Of a DNA stretch of 64,000 bases, positions 9,228 through 19,196 are shown in pieces (within the stretch, counting starts at the first letter, position 1; each line of letters starts with the position of its first letter). This stretch comes from an uncultured Bacilli bacterium (GTDB lineage: Bacteria > Bacillota_I > Bacilli_A > RF39 > UBA660): contig CALVRI010000001.1 of the NCBI GenBank assembly GCA_944358525.1, positions 10,652 to 74,651 on the forward strand, read 5' to 3'. The notes under the pieces are model-generated. The model was not told the DNA's origin, made no database searches, and was given only the letters and a program-made list of their open reading frames with translations. Both the position numbers and the translations under genes were made by a program.

Positions 9228-10718
9228 TTATTTCACGATTAAAATATCACCGGTCATTTCTTTTGGTACTTTGATATTTAAAATAGTTAACATGGTTGGA
9301 GCAATGTCGGCTAATTTACCTGTTTTAAGTTTTAATTTTTTGTTAGTAATTAAAAATGGTACAGGATTTACCGAGTGAGAAGTAATAATATTATTTTCAT
9401 CATCTAACATATAATCGCAATTTCCATGGTCAGCGGTTATTATTAGTGTTCCTTTTAATTCTTCTATTTTTTGATATATTTTACCAACACATTGGTCAAC
9501 CGTTTCTATGGCTTTTACGGTGGCTTTAAAATTACCGGTATGACCAACCATATCTCCGTTGGCAAAGTTTAAAATAATTACATCGTAATTTTCTATTTTT
9601 GAAAGTAATGTTTCTGTTATTTCATATGCACTCATTTCTGGTTTTAAATCATATGTGGCAACTTTTGGTGATGGTATTAATACTTGATCGCATTCGTTTA
9701 GTTTATCTTTATTTTCACCATCGAAGAAGTATGTTACATGAGCATATTTTTCAGTTTCAGCAATTCTTAATTGTTTTAAATGATTTTTTTCTAATATAGC
9801 TCCTAAATAATTAGTTATTTTAGGATGAGTAAATAGGTTTTGACATATAACATTACTGTCAACTGGCATCATGGTAACCATTTTTAAATTTTGAATATAT
9901 TCCCTTTCAAACTCTTTAAATTTTGGATTACTTAGAGCTGTAAATAATTCTCTTAATCTATCTGGTCTAAAATTAAATACAAGTATACCATCATTTTCTT
10001 TAATAATTCCATCACAAGCGGCAAATGGTTCAATAAATTCATCGGTGATACCATTTTTATAACTTTCGTTTATTTTGTCATTAATGTTATATATTTTAGT
10101 TTTTTTTGTCATTACATCATAGGCTTTTTTTATTCTATCCCATCTATTGTCTCTATCCATGGCATAATATCTACCACTTATAGTGGCAATTTTTCCAACT
10201 TCTGTTTCATCTATTTTATTTTGAAGAACTTTAATAAATTTTAATGCCTTGTGTGGTGTTGTATCTCTACCATCAGTGAATATGTGATAATAAACATGGT
10301 TTATATTTTCTTTTTTTAAGATATCAATTAGTCTTAATAAATGATTGATATGCGAATGAATTCCTCCATCACTGAGAAGACCACATATGTGGAGATTAGA
10401 ATTATTTTTTTTAATGTGCTTTATTAAACTTTTATATTCATCATTACTTTCAATTTCACAATTTTCTAGTGCATCATTTATAATATCAATTGACTGTTTT
10501 GGAACTCGGCCTGTTCCAATATTAATATGTCCAACCTCGCTATTACCCATTTGATCTTTCGGAAGCCCAACATATGGACCACTTGCTTCTAAAGTGGTAT
10601 GAGGATATTCACTGAATAGTTTATTTAAATTGGGAGTTTTAGCGGCATACAAAGCATTTCCATGAATATTTTTTCTAATACCTACTCCATCTAGTATACA
10701 TAATAATAATGGCTTCAT
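9228..10718 (-). CDS. gpmI: 2,3-bisphosphoglycerate-independent phosphoglycerate mutase
   Basis: 496 aa; N-terminal ILDGVGI, SEVGHxNIGTGR and C-terminal metal-binding ADHGN motifs of iPGM. Confidence 0.9.
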   Translation of the reverse strand: MKPLLLCILDGVGIRKNIHGNALYAAKTPNLNKLFSEYPHTTLEASGPYVGLPKDQMGNSEVGHINIGTGRVPKQSIDIINDALENCEIESNDEYKSLIKHIKKNNSNLHICGLLSDGGIHSHINHLLRLIDILKKENINHVYYHIFTDGRDTTPHKALKFIKVLQNKIDETEVGKIATISGRYYAMDRDNRWDRIKKAYDVMTKKTKIYNINDKINESYKNGITDEFIEPFAACDGIIKENDGILVFNFRPDRLRELFTALSNPKFKEFEREYIQNLKMVTMMPVDSNVICQNLFTHPKITNYLGAILEKNHLKQLRIAETEKYAHVTYFFDGENKDKLNECDQVLIPSPKVATYDLKPEMSAYEITETLLSKIENYDVIILNFANGDMVGHTGNFKATVKAIETVDQCVGKIYQKIEELKGTLIITADHGNCDYMLDDENNIITSHSVNPVPFLITNKKLKLKTGKLADIAPTMLTILNIKVPKEMTGDILIVK

Positions 10719-10738
10719 ATTATCAACCTCTTTCTATT

Positions 10739-11500
10739 TTATCTATATAAGTTTATAATTGTGTTAAGATTTATTTGTAATAATAAAAGTAATGCCCCTC
10801 CTGCAGCTAAGAATGGGCCAAATGGGAGAACATGGTCTTTTTTTGTACATAAAATTAATACGGCGATTGGTAAGCCAATTAGTGATCCAACAAATATTGA
10901 TAAAATAGCAATCGGATAAGTTAATACCATGCCAAAGATGAATAATAATTTTATATCGCCACCACCCATAGATTCTTTTTTGAAAAGAAAATCACCGAAT
11001 TTTTTGATTAAATACATGGTAATGAAAGCTAAAATACCGTTTAATAACGAATATAAAGCTGTTTCTAGTCCATTTATACATAATATTTCGATAAATAAAA
11101 TTATACTAAATATAATTAAAACTTCATCTGGTATTATTAAATAATGATAATCGCTTACAACAATTATAATCATCATTGAAATAAAGGTTAAAGCAATAAT
11201 TAGATTTTGGGTTAGTCCAAAAGATAGGTAGCATAAAACAAACAAAACCCCGGTTAATGTTTCAAAGATTGGATAAAATAAAGATATTTTTTGATGACAG
11301 TGTTTGCATTTGCCACCTTGAAAAACATATGACAAAACTGGTATTAATTCAAAGAATGTTAATTTATGATTACAGTTTGTACAATGACTTGGTGGGAAGA
11401 TAATTGATTCACCTTTGGGTAATCTATATCCTACAACATTGTAAAAGGAACCAAAGATGGTTCCTATTATGAATAAAAATATACAAATTGCGACTTCCAT
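10739..11500 (-). CDS. pilD: prepilin peptidase (A24 family, PilD/ComC type)
   Basis: Two CxxC pairs (CTNCNHKL, CKHCHQKI) of the N-terminal zinc domain plus multi-TM peptidase core with GGGDIKLL; ORF extends to 11575, but ATG at 11500 has an AGGTG RBS directly after the pilC stop. Confidence 0.8.
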   Translation of the reverse strand: MEVAICIFLFIIGTIFGSFYNVVGYRLPKGESIIFPPSHCTNCNHKLTFFELIPVLSYVFQGGKCKHCHQKISLFYPIFETLTGVLFVLCYLSFGLTQNLIIALTFISMMIIIVVSDYHYLIIPDEVLIIFSIILFIEILCINGLETALYSLLNGILAFITMYLIKKFGDFLFKKESMGGGDIKLLFIFGMVLTYPIAILSIFVGSLIGLPIAVLILCTKKDHVLPFGPFLAAGGALLLLLQINLNTIINLYR

Positions 11501-11510
11501 AATATCACCT

Positions 11511-13259
11511 TTATGCTTGAATTTGACTATACATTGAGAACATTGGAACAACGATTGATAATACAATAATTCCAACCATTACGGTTAATAGTATTATAAG
11601 GGCCGGCTCAACAAATGTTTTAATACGTGTTACTGAGTTTTTGTGCAAATCTTGATAGTATAATGATATTTTGTGCATCATTTCTGGTAATTGACCAGTT
11701 CTTTCACCAGTAACAATCATTTCGTATGCTGGGATTGGAAAGGCCCATTGATCTTTAAAAGCAGAAGATATTGATTTTCCTTGAGCAATATTATCTATTG
11801 CATCATATATTAATTCTCTATATATTTCGTTATTTGTGACTTTATTTAATATTTCCATACTATCAGTAATAAATACGTTATGTGAAAGTAAGGAAGCAAA
11901 AGTTTTGGTAAAGGTTGTTACTTCTTTATAAATAATAACATCGCCAAATACTGGTAAGTGCATTAGTAATCTTTGTGTCCCTTTTCTAAAAACTTTAACA
12001 TTTTTATATAGATAAATACAAATTATTAATATTACAACTATGCTTACACCAATATAAATGATGTATTTTTGTAAAAATTCACTGAGTGCTAATACAGCAA
12101 GGGTAATTCCTGGTATTGTAGCATTATCCATTGTTTCATAAATTTCGATAAATTTTGGAACAACATATAACATGATGAAGGTCCCAACTCCAATGGCAAT
12201 TACAAATATGATAGCAGGATACATCATAGCTGTAATCATTGCTTTTCTAGTTTCTTCTATTTCGGTATAATATTCTTCCATATCATCTAATATTTCTGGT
12301 AATTCTCCTGTCATTTCAGCTGTTTTAACCATGTTAATTAATAAATTTGGAAAGGCATTTTCTTGTTTTGCCATAGCTTCACTGAAACTTCTTCCTGTTG
12401 TTAAATCATAGTGTAAAGTAGATAAAATTCGTTTGTATTTTTTATTTTTAAATTGTTTTCCCAATATTTTTATTGCATCAGCAAGAGGTATTCCAACTTT
12501 TAGATAAGTTGATACTTGGGCTAAAAAGAATATTAAATCACTTGTTTTGAATTTGTCGTGTGAACCACTAACATTTCCATACATGATATTAATCCATCTG
12601 TTTGTCCTAATGCTATAGACTTTATATCCTTGTGATTTTAAAAATGAGTGTACTTCAACTAATGAATAAGCTGCAAAGTAGCCTTTGACAACTTGTCCTT
12701 CAAGGTTTCGGGCAATATATTCATAAGTCATTTTTTCTTTAGTTTTTTCTGCCTCTGGTCCTTCATAATTAATTGACATTTCTTCAGTATCTTGATATTT
12801 ATCTTTAACTTGTCCCCCAAGGCCTAATTTTGTATCAAATAAGTTTTTAATTTTTTCTGAAAAAGATAATACTTTATTCCCTACTTTATCTAAATTTTCA
12901 CCAGCAGTTTTATCTTCTAATTTAGAACTATCTTGAATATAATCGTTTAAACTTTTTTGAACCTTTTTCTCTCTTAATTGTTGTTGTAATTGTCTTACTC
13001 TTTCTTCTCTTTCTTCGTTTTTTTCTTTTTCTCTTTGGTGTTCTGCTAGTAACATGTCTGTTTTTTTATAACTGTTGTTTGTTTGCTTAGCTTCAATGGT
13101 TACTTTTGGCATAGATTTTCCACCAGTAAATAATCTAACCAACATGGTTGGAAAAGCTAAGATACCTAAGAAAACATGTTTTACAAAACTTACTATTGCT
13201 TTTAAAATGGCTAAAAGGCCATGATAAACATATACAAACGGTGATAATAAAACTTTCAT
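11511..13259 (-). CDS. pilC: type IV pilus / T2SS platform protein (GspF/PilC family) with ~200-aa N-terminal TM + coiled-coil extension
   Basis: Two T2SSF repeats (…LSTLHYDLTTGRSFSEAMAKQENAFPNLLINMVKTAEMTGELPEIL… and …HLPVFGDVIIYKEVTTFTKTFASLLSHNV…); N-terminal 50 aa hydrophobic then KE-rich segment absent from canonical PilC. Confidence 0.8.
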   Translation of the reverse strand: MKVLLSPFVYVYHGLLAILKAIVSFVKHVFLGILAFPTMLVRLFTGGKSMPKVTIEAKQTNNSYKKTDMLLAEHQREKEKNEEREERVRQLQQQLREKKVQKSLNDYIQDSSKLEDKTAGENLDKVGNKVLSFSEKIKNLFDTKLGLGGQVKDKYQDTEEMSINYEGPEAEKTKEKMTYEYIARNLEGQVVKGYFAAYSLVEVHSFLKSQGYKVYSIRTNRWINIMYGNVSGSHDKFKTSDLIFFLAQVSTYLKVGIPLADAIKILGKQFKNKKYKRILSTLHYDLTTGRSFSEAMAKQENAFPNLLINMVKTAEMTGELPEILDDMEEYYTEIEETRKAMITAMMYPAIIFVIAIGVGTFIMLYVVPKFIEIYETMDNATIPGITLAVLALSEFLQKYIIYIGVSIVVILIICIYLYKNVKVFRKGTQRLLMHLPVFGDVIIYKEVTTFTKTFASLLSHNVFITDSMEILNKVTNNEIYRELIYDAIDNIAQGKSISSAFKDQWAFPIPAYEMIVTGERTGQLPEMMHKISLYYQDLHKNSVTRIKTFVEPALIILLTVMVGIIVLSIVVPMFSMYSQIQA

Positions 13260-13367
13260 TTTGACACCTTCCTATTCTTCTACACTAAAATTATTATAAC
13301 ATAATAAATTATAAATTAAAACTTTTTTTGACTAAAACATATAATATTTTAGAAAGGGGCTTAAATC

Positions 13368-13709
13368 ATGAATTTTTATAATCCATATTATTATGTTATG
13401 CCCACGGCTACATCTGGTGTTGGAAGAGGTTTATTTAGTGGAGCTTTACGAAGCGGAATTAACTGGGGTTCTATATTAAATGGGGCTCAGAGAACACTTG
13501 GGTTAGTAAACCAGGCAATTCCTTTAGTAAAACAAGCGGCTCCTATGGTTAGAAATGCAAAAACAATGTTTAAAGTTATGAATGAATTTAAAAAAGTGGA
13601 GACTCCAACTAATAATACAATGGCTAATAATACTAATGTTGATATATCTTCTTCCAATAATGAAAATATACAAATGATTTCTGATGGTGGGCCAACATTC
13701 TTTGTTTAA
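13368..13709 (+). CDS. orphan small protein (113 aa), Tyr/Pro-rich N-terminus then Gly-rich amphipathic segment
   Basis: Only plus-strand gene in a 45-kb minus-strand block; AAAGGGG RBS 8 nt upstream of ATG; ends at a 12-bp bidirectional terminator. Confidence 0.4.
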   Translation: MNFYNPYYYVMPTATSGVGRGLFSGALRSGINWGSILNGAQRTLGLVNQAIPLVKQAAPMVRNAKTMFKVMNEFKKVETPTNNTMANNTNVDISSSNNENIQMISDGGPTFFV

Positions 13710-13738
13710 AAAGTGTTAGATCATAGTCTAACACTTTT
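13709..13738. terminator. bidirectional intrinsic terminator (12-bp stem AAAAGTGTTAGA / TCTAACACTTTT, loop TCATAG)
   Basis: Perfect inverted repeat between convergent stops of 13368..13709 (+) and the ABC-F gene (-), with A-run on one flank and T-run on the other. Confidence 0.7.
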
Positions 13739-15320
13739 CGTATTTTTCTAAATATTCATCATATGTCATTTGTTTATCAATGTATGTCCCATCTTCTTTA
13801 ATTAATATTAATCTGTTTGCTAAAGTAGATATTAGTTCTGTATCAAAAGTAGCAAAAACAATTGGACCATCGAATTTACTTAGACCATTATTTAAAGCAG
13901 TAATAGATTCTATATCTAGATGATTTGTTGGTTCATCTAGTAATAGAACATTGCCTTTATTTAACATCATTTTGGCAAACATACATCTTACTTTTTCTCC
14001 ACCTGATAATACGTTCACTTTTTTTAAGGCTTCTTCTGATGAGAATAACATTCTACCTAGAAAACCTCTGACAAAGGCATCTTCTTTATTTTCAGAAAAC
14101 TTTCTTAACCATTCAACTAAATCTTCATTGGTTTCAAAATATTTATCATGGTTTTTTGGAAAATAAGAAGTAATAACGGTGGTTCCAACTTTTATTTCTC
14201 CACTATCTGGTTTTCTTTCTCCTGCTAAAATTTGTAATAAAGTAGTTTTAGCAAGTTCATTTTCACCAATTAAAGCAATTTTATCGTCTTTTTTAATATT
14301 TAATGTGAAATTCTTTAAAATTGGTTTATCATCAATAGTTAGATTGATTTTACTTAGAGTAATTATTTCTTTACCTAATCTTCTTTCATAATCAAAATTA
14401 ATATAAGGATATTTTCTAGATGATGGTTTTAATTCTTCTAAAGTTATTTTTTCTAATAATTTTTTTCTAGAAGTAGCTTGTTTAGATTTAGAGGCATTTG
14501 CAGAAAATCTAGCAATGAAAGACTGTAATTCTTTAATCTTTTCTTCTTTCTTTTTATTAGCTTGTTTTATTTGTTTTTGCATTAATTCATTTGATTGATA
14601 CCAGAAATCATAGTTACCAATTGTTATTTGAATTCTTTCTCTATCAATATCAACCATATGAGTACAAACGGTATTTAAAAAATGTCTATCATGGGATACT
14701 AATATGATTGTACCTTTATAATCACTTAAGAAATTTTCTAACCATATTTTACTTTGAATATCTAGACCATTGGTTGGTTCATCTAAAAGTAAAATGTCTG
14801 GTCCTCCAAACAAAGCTTGGGCAAGTAATACTTTTACTTTGTCTTTATCTTTTATGGTTTCCATTTTTTGGTCAAAAAGTTCATTTGAAATACCTAAACC
14901 TGCAAGTAATATAGAGGCATCACTTTCAGCTTCCCAGCCATTTAAAGCTTCAAATTCGGCTTCTAGCTCGCCAACTTTAATACCATCTTCATTGGTAAAG
15001 TCCTCTTTCATATACAATGCGTCTTTTTCCTTCATAATTTGATATAATCTATCATTTCCCATAATAACAGTATCTAAGACAGTATAATCATTATATAAGT
15101 TATGATCTTGTTTTAAATATGATAATCTTTCACCTTTATCTTTAATAACTTCGCCAGTTGTGCTTTCTATTTGTCCAGTTAATATTTTGAGTAAAGTACT
15201 TTTACCAGCACCATTAGCGCCAATAACACCATAACAATTACCATCATTAAATTCTAAATTAACGTTTTCAAATAATACTCTTTTACCATATCTAACTGAT
15301 AAATTTTGGACTTTTAACAT
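13728..15320 (-). CDS. ABC-F family ATPase (tandem ABC domains, no TMD), translation/antibiotic-resistance type
   Basis: Two NBDs each with Walker A (GANGAGKST; ...), signatures (LSGGEKVR ...) and a KE-rich inter-domain linker. Confidence 0.85.
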   Translation of the reverse strand: MLKVQNLSVRYGKRVLFENVNLEFNDGNCYGVIGANGAGKSTLLKILTGQIESTTGEVIKDKGERLSYLKQDHNLYNDYTVLDTVIMGNDRLYQIMKEKDALYMKEDFTNEDGIKVGELEAEFEALNGWEAESDASILLAGLGISNELFDQKMETIKDKDKVKVLLAQALFGGPDILLLDEPTNGLDIQSKIWLENFLSDYKGTIILVSHDRHFLNTVCTHMVDIDRERIQITIGNYDFWYQSNELMQKQIKQANKKKEEKIKELQSFIARFSANASKSKQATSRKKLLEKITLEELKPSSRKYPYINFDYERRLGKEIITLSKINLTIDDKPILKNFTLNIKKDDKIALIGENELAKTTLLQILAGERKPDSGEIKVGTTVITSYFPKNHDKYFETNEDLVEWLRKFSENKEDAFVRGFLGRMLFSSEEALKKVNVLSGGEKVRCMFAKMMLNKGNVLLLDEPTNHLDIESITALNNGLSKFDGPIVFATFDTELISTLANRLILIKEDGTYIDKQMTYDEYLEKYEKC

Positions 15321-15360
15321 AATTCATCACCTATTACATTATACAGGAAAACATTTATTT

Positions 15361-15395
15361 TTCAAAGGAAAAGAAGATATTTATTCGATATCTTC
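15361..15395 (-). terminator. intrinsic terminator overlapping smc stop (8-bp stem GAAGATAT/ATATCTTC + UUUUCCUUUG)
   Basis: Perfect inverted repeat around smc stop codon followed by U-rich tract on the minus strand. Confidence 0.4.
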
Positions 15396-18329
15396 TAATT
15401 TAACACTGACTAATTTACTAACACCTGATTCTTGCATGGTTATACCATACAATATATCGGCATATTCCATTGTTTTCTTTTTATGAGTTATAATTATGAA
15501 TTGTGATTTATTTTTTAAATTTTGAATATATTGACCAAAGGTATCAACGTTTGCTTCATCTAAAGCGGCCTCTACTTCATCTAATACACAAAAAGGTGAA
15601 GGTTTAGATTTAATAATTGCAAAAAGTAAACTAATTGCTGTTAAGGTTTTTTCACCACCTGATAGTAAAGTTATACTACTTAATTTTTTTCCTGGTGGTG
15701 AGGCAACAATATCCACTCCTGTTTCTAATATGTTGCTTGGTTCGGTCAATTTTAATTCCGCATGACCACCTTTAAATAATTCTCTAAATGTTTCACTGAA
15801 GTTAGTGCTGATAGTTTTAAATGTACTTGAAAATTCACTAATCATGACTTTATCCATTTCATCGATTATTTCAAGTAAAGTGTTTTCAGCTTGATTTAAA
15901 TCTTCAATTTGTTTATTTAAAAATGTATATCTTTCATTTACTTCTTCATATTCTTCTGGAGCTGTTAAATTGACAATTCCTAAATCTTTAACTTTTTTCT
16001 TTAGTTTATTAACTTCAGATTTGGCTTGATTAAAGTCAATATCTAACTTATAGTTTTCTTTAGCTTTTTCATAGGTCATACTATAGGTATCGGTTAAAGT
16101 ATTTAATAGGTTATCTAATTTAACTTCTAACCTACTTGCTTTAATTTCTAGGTCTTTTAATTCATTTGATTTAGAAGAATATAAAGTGTTTTCTTTCTTT
16201 AATGAGGCCTCGAAATCTTCTAGGGTTTCATTTAAATTTTGTTTTTCTCTATTTAGAGAAGATAGTTCTTGTTCAGCTTCGGTTTTTGTTTTTAAAGCTG
16301 CATAATATTTATCTAATATTTCTTCTTCTTCATCAGATAGACCACCATTTAGTATTTTGTTATTACTGCTTATATCAAAGGTTATTTGCTCTAATTCTAT
16401 TTTTAAATTATTGATTTTTGCCTGTTTTGTATTGATCTCATCTTCTTTTAACATTTTTTCTTTATTTAAAAGATATATTTTATCTTCTGAAGCTTTAAGG
16501 TTATAGTCAATTTCATTTATTTGATTTTCAATTTCTTTTGTTTTAGATAGTAATAAATCTTTGTGTTTTAAATTGTTTTCGAGTTCGTATTTGTCACTGA
16601 TGATATTGCGGGTTTTATTTTGTTTACCACCGGTCATGGATCCACCGATGTGAATAATTTCGCCATCTAAGGTAACGATTCTATAGCGATTATTTATTAA
16701 TTTGCTTATATTGGTTGCGGCATCTATATTTTTAGTTACTATAATATTACCTAACTGATTTAAAATAATATTTGTGTACTTGGAATTGTATTTGACAAGA
16801 TTGCTAGCAATATCAACATATCCATTATTGCCTTTTATTTTATTTAAGGTTTCATTATCAATATATTTAGGCTTTATAATATTTAATGGAAAAAAGGTAG
16901 CTCTACCAATGGTTTTTAAATAATTAATAGCTTCTTTGGCAGCCTTTTCGTCATCAACAATTATATTATTTGTGTTATAACCTAATGAGGTTGTGATGGC
17001 TAAAGCATACTTTTCATCGGTTTCAATTAAATTTCCTAATGCATTATGAATTCCTCTTAGTTTAGGATTATTTAAAACACTTCTAACTGGAAGCGGTAAT
17101 GCTCCCCCATTTTCAATACTGCTTTGTAGATTTTCAATTTTAAATTCTAAATTATTACTTTCTCTAAGTAGATTAGTTAATCTAATTTCTAAATCATTTT
17201 TATCTTTCTTAATCTTTGATTGATTATTTTCTTCAGTATATATTTTTTCTTGTAATTTATTTATTTCATCATTTAGGTGTTTAAGACTTCCTTTAATTTC
17301 TTCAAGATTGTTTTTTGTTGTTAGCTCTTTTTCTTTTAAGTCTAGAATATTTTGATGAAGTTTGATGTCTTCAGTTTTATTTTTTTGTCTTTCATTTATT
17401 AATATTTTTTTACTATTTAGTCTCTCAGCTAAGGTAGTTAATTCTAAAACTTTTTCTTGCATTACTTTAATTTGCTTATCTAATGAAGCAATGTCGTTTT
17501 TATATTTTTCAATTTTGACTTCGTTTTGATTACCAGTTGTCATTAATTTTAATACTTCATCGTTTAAAATATCTATTTTGTCTTTACTATTTTGATAGTC
17601 AAAATTAATATTAGTGATATCTTCAGTTATTAAAGCAATTTCTAGATTTTCTAATTTCTTTGTTACTGTATTATATTCTAGAGCTTTATCTCTAGCTTCT
17701 TTTAAAGGATTTAATCTATCTTCTAATTCTTTTAAAATATCATTAATCCTTTTTTTATTATCATGTGTTTTTTCTAATTTTTTTATTGCTTCTTCTTTTC
17801 TTCTTTTATATTTCAAGACTCCTGCGGCTTCTTCAAAAATTATCCTTCTATCAACGGGCTTACTACTAATTATGTTTTCTATTTTGCCTTGAGAGATTAT
17901 GTTAAAACTTTCTTTGGCTATTCCACTGTCTAATAGTAAATTAGTTAAATCTTTTAGTCTTACTCTTTCACTATTTAAAAAATATTCGTTAGTTCCATCT
18001 TTATAAACTCTTCTTTTGATTTCAATTTCATCATAATCCAAAGGTAAATAGTGATCTGAATTATCAAAGGTTAAAGATACGGATGCTACATTCATTGGAT
18101 TTCGTGATTTACTACCAGAAAAAATGACATCAGTCATTGTGCCATCTCCTCTTAATGATTTTACAGATTGTTCTCCTAAAACCCATCTAATTGCATCAAC
18201 AACGTTACTTTTACCAGAACCATTAGGTCCAACAATACCGTTAATACCGTTTGTAAATTCTAAATTGGTTTTATCTGCAAAAGACTTAAAGCCATGGGCT
18301 TTTAATGATTTTAAATACATATTTATCAC
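15381..18329 (-). CDS. smc: chromosome segregation protein SMC (reduced length, 982 aa)
   Basis: N-terminal Walker A GPNGSGKSN, long coiled coils, hinge, C-terminal LSGGEKTLTAISLLFAI and Walker B CVLDEVEAALD. Confidence 0.9.
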   Translation of the reverse strand: MINMYLKSLKAHGFKSFADKTNLEFTNGINGIVGPNGSGKSNVVDAIRWVLGEQSVKSLRGDGTMTDVIFSGSKSRNPMNVASVSLTFDNSDHYLPLDYDEIEIKRRVYKDGTNEYFLNSERVRLKDLTNLLLDSGIAKESFNIISQGKIENIISSKPVDRRIIFEEAAGVLKYKRRKEEAIKKLEKTHDNKKRINDILKELEDRLNPLKEARDKALEYNTVTKKLENLEIALITEDITNINFDYQNSKDKIDILNDEVLKLMTTGNQNEVKIEKYKNDIASLDKQIKVMQEKVLELTTLAERLNSKKILINERQKNKTEDIKLHQNILDLKEKELTTKNNLEEIKGSLKHLNDEINKLQEKIYTEENNQSKIKKDKNDLEIRLTNLLRESNNLEFKIENLQSSIENGGALPLPVRSVLNNPKLRGIHNALGNLIETDEKYALAITTSLGYNTNNIIVDDEKAAKEAINYLKTIGRATFFPLNIIKPKYIDNETLNKIKGNNGYVDIASNLVKYNSKYTNIILNQLGNIIVTKNIDAATNISKLINNRYRIVTLDGEIIHIGGSMTGGKQNKTRNIISDKYELENNLKHKDLLLSKTKEIENQINEIDYNLKASEDKIYLLNKEKMLKEDEINTKQAKINNLKIELEQITFDISSNNKILNGGLSDEEEEILDKYYAALKTKTEAEQELSSLNREKQNLNETLEDFEASLKKENTLYSSKSNELKDLEIKASRLEVKLDNLLNTLTDTYSMTYEKAKENYKLDIDFNQAKSEVNKLKKKVKDLGIVNLTAPEEYEEVNERYTFLNKQIEDLNQAENTLLEIIDEMDKVMISEFSSTFKTISTNFSETFRELFKGGHAELKLTEPSNILETGVDIVASPPGKKLSSITLLSGGEKTLTAISLLFAIIKSKPSPFCVLDEVEAALDEANVDTFGQYIQNLKNKSQFIIITHKKKTMEYADILYGITMQESGVSKLVSVKLEDIE

Positions 18330-18437
18330 ACCCTACACTAATAACAATTATACAATAATTTATGCGTTTTCGCAATTATTACATGGAAAAAGTTCCAAGA
18401 ATAAACTTGAAACTTTTTTTGTGTCTTATTATTAAAA

Positions 18438-18674
18438 TTATTTTGTTTTCCTTTTTTTAGAATTTTCTATCAAATTATTAACATGATCGATAAGATCATT
18501 AGCTTCTTTTTCAGTAATCATTGTAATCAAATGAGTATTTTCAATACCTTGAAATTCAAGTAAACTATACCAAAAGTGTTTTGTAAAACTATACTGATAT
18601 ACAATTCCATTTTCTTTTTTCAATAGCACCAAATTACTTTGATCAATATAATATTCTTTATTCATTCTTACCAC
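18438..18674 (-). CDS. hypothetical protein (78 aa)
   Basis: Intact ORF overlapping upstream ORF by 17 nt (operon); no motif recognised. Confidence 0.3.
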   Translation of the reverse strand: MVRMNKEYYIDQSNLVLLKKENGIVYQYSFTKHFWYSLLEFQGIENTHLITMITEKEANDLIDHVNNLIENSKKRKTK

Positions 18675-18963
18675 CTTTAATTAATTTAAAAGGTCTATCT
18701 TGCGTTATTTTTTTCATTTTAACTTTACCTTTATTATCGATCTCTGGACTATAGAAATTAGTATCTACCATTTTTAATATAGACTCAATAATTTCTGATT
18801 CACCTGTAATAATCATTATATTATTAGTTCCAACCTCTAAACGAACACCATCTTTTAAAGTAACTGTCATAATGTCATCACCTCTATTATGACTACTATT
18901 ACTTATGGGTAACACAAAATGATTATTTCCAACTGTCACTATTGCATACTTGTTTTCTGACAT
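18658..18963 (-). CDS. hypothetical protein (101 aa)
   Basis: Strong AAGGAG RBS upstream of ATG; occupies the position directly downstream of rpoC. Confidence 0.4.
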   Translation of the reverse strand: MSENKYAIVTVGNNHFVLPISNSSHNRGDDIMTVTLKDGVRLEVGTNNIMIITGESEIIESILKMVDTNFYSPEIDNKGKVKMKKITQDRPFKLIKGGKNE

Positions 18964-19196
18964 AAAACCAACTCCTTATTTTTCTACCTTTTTTATATTG
19001 TATCATATTATTGATTATTAAGTCTCGTTTTTTATAAATCTCAAACTATTCTTTAGTATTTTCATTAACATGAATCTTTCTAATATATGATAAGAGCTGA
19101 ATAATTCCAAAACGATTTTCTTTATCTTTAAGTAAATTAACTAAATCATTAAGTTTTTCAAAATTATCCTGGCCTCAAAATAGAAAAAAGAACTAA

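Noticed and set aside
19040-19196. ~42-codon stop-free reading frame on the minus strand right after rpoC (…QDNFEKLNDLVNLLKDKENRFGIIQLLSYIRKIHVNENTKE*)
   Set aside because: There is no start codon or RBS, and a run of this length without stops is plausible by chance in AT-rich DNA. It could be a gene remnant, but the evidence is insufficient.
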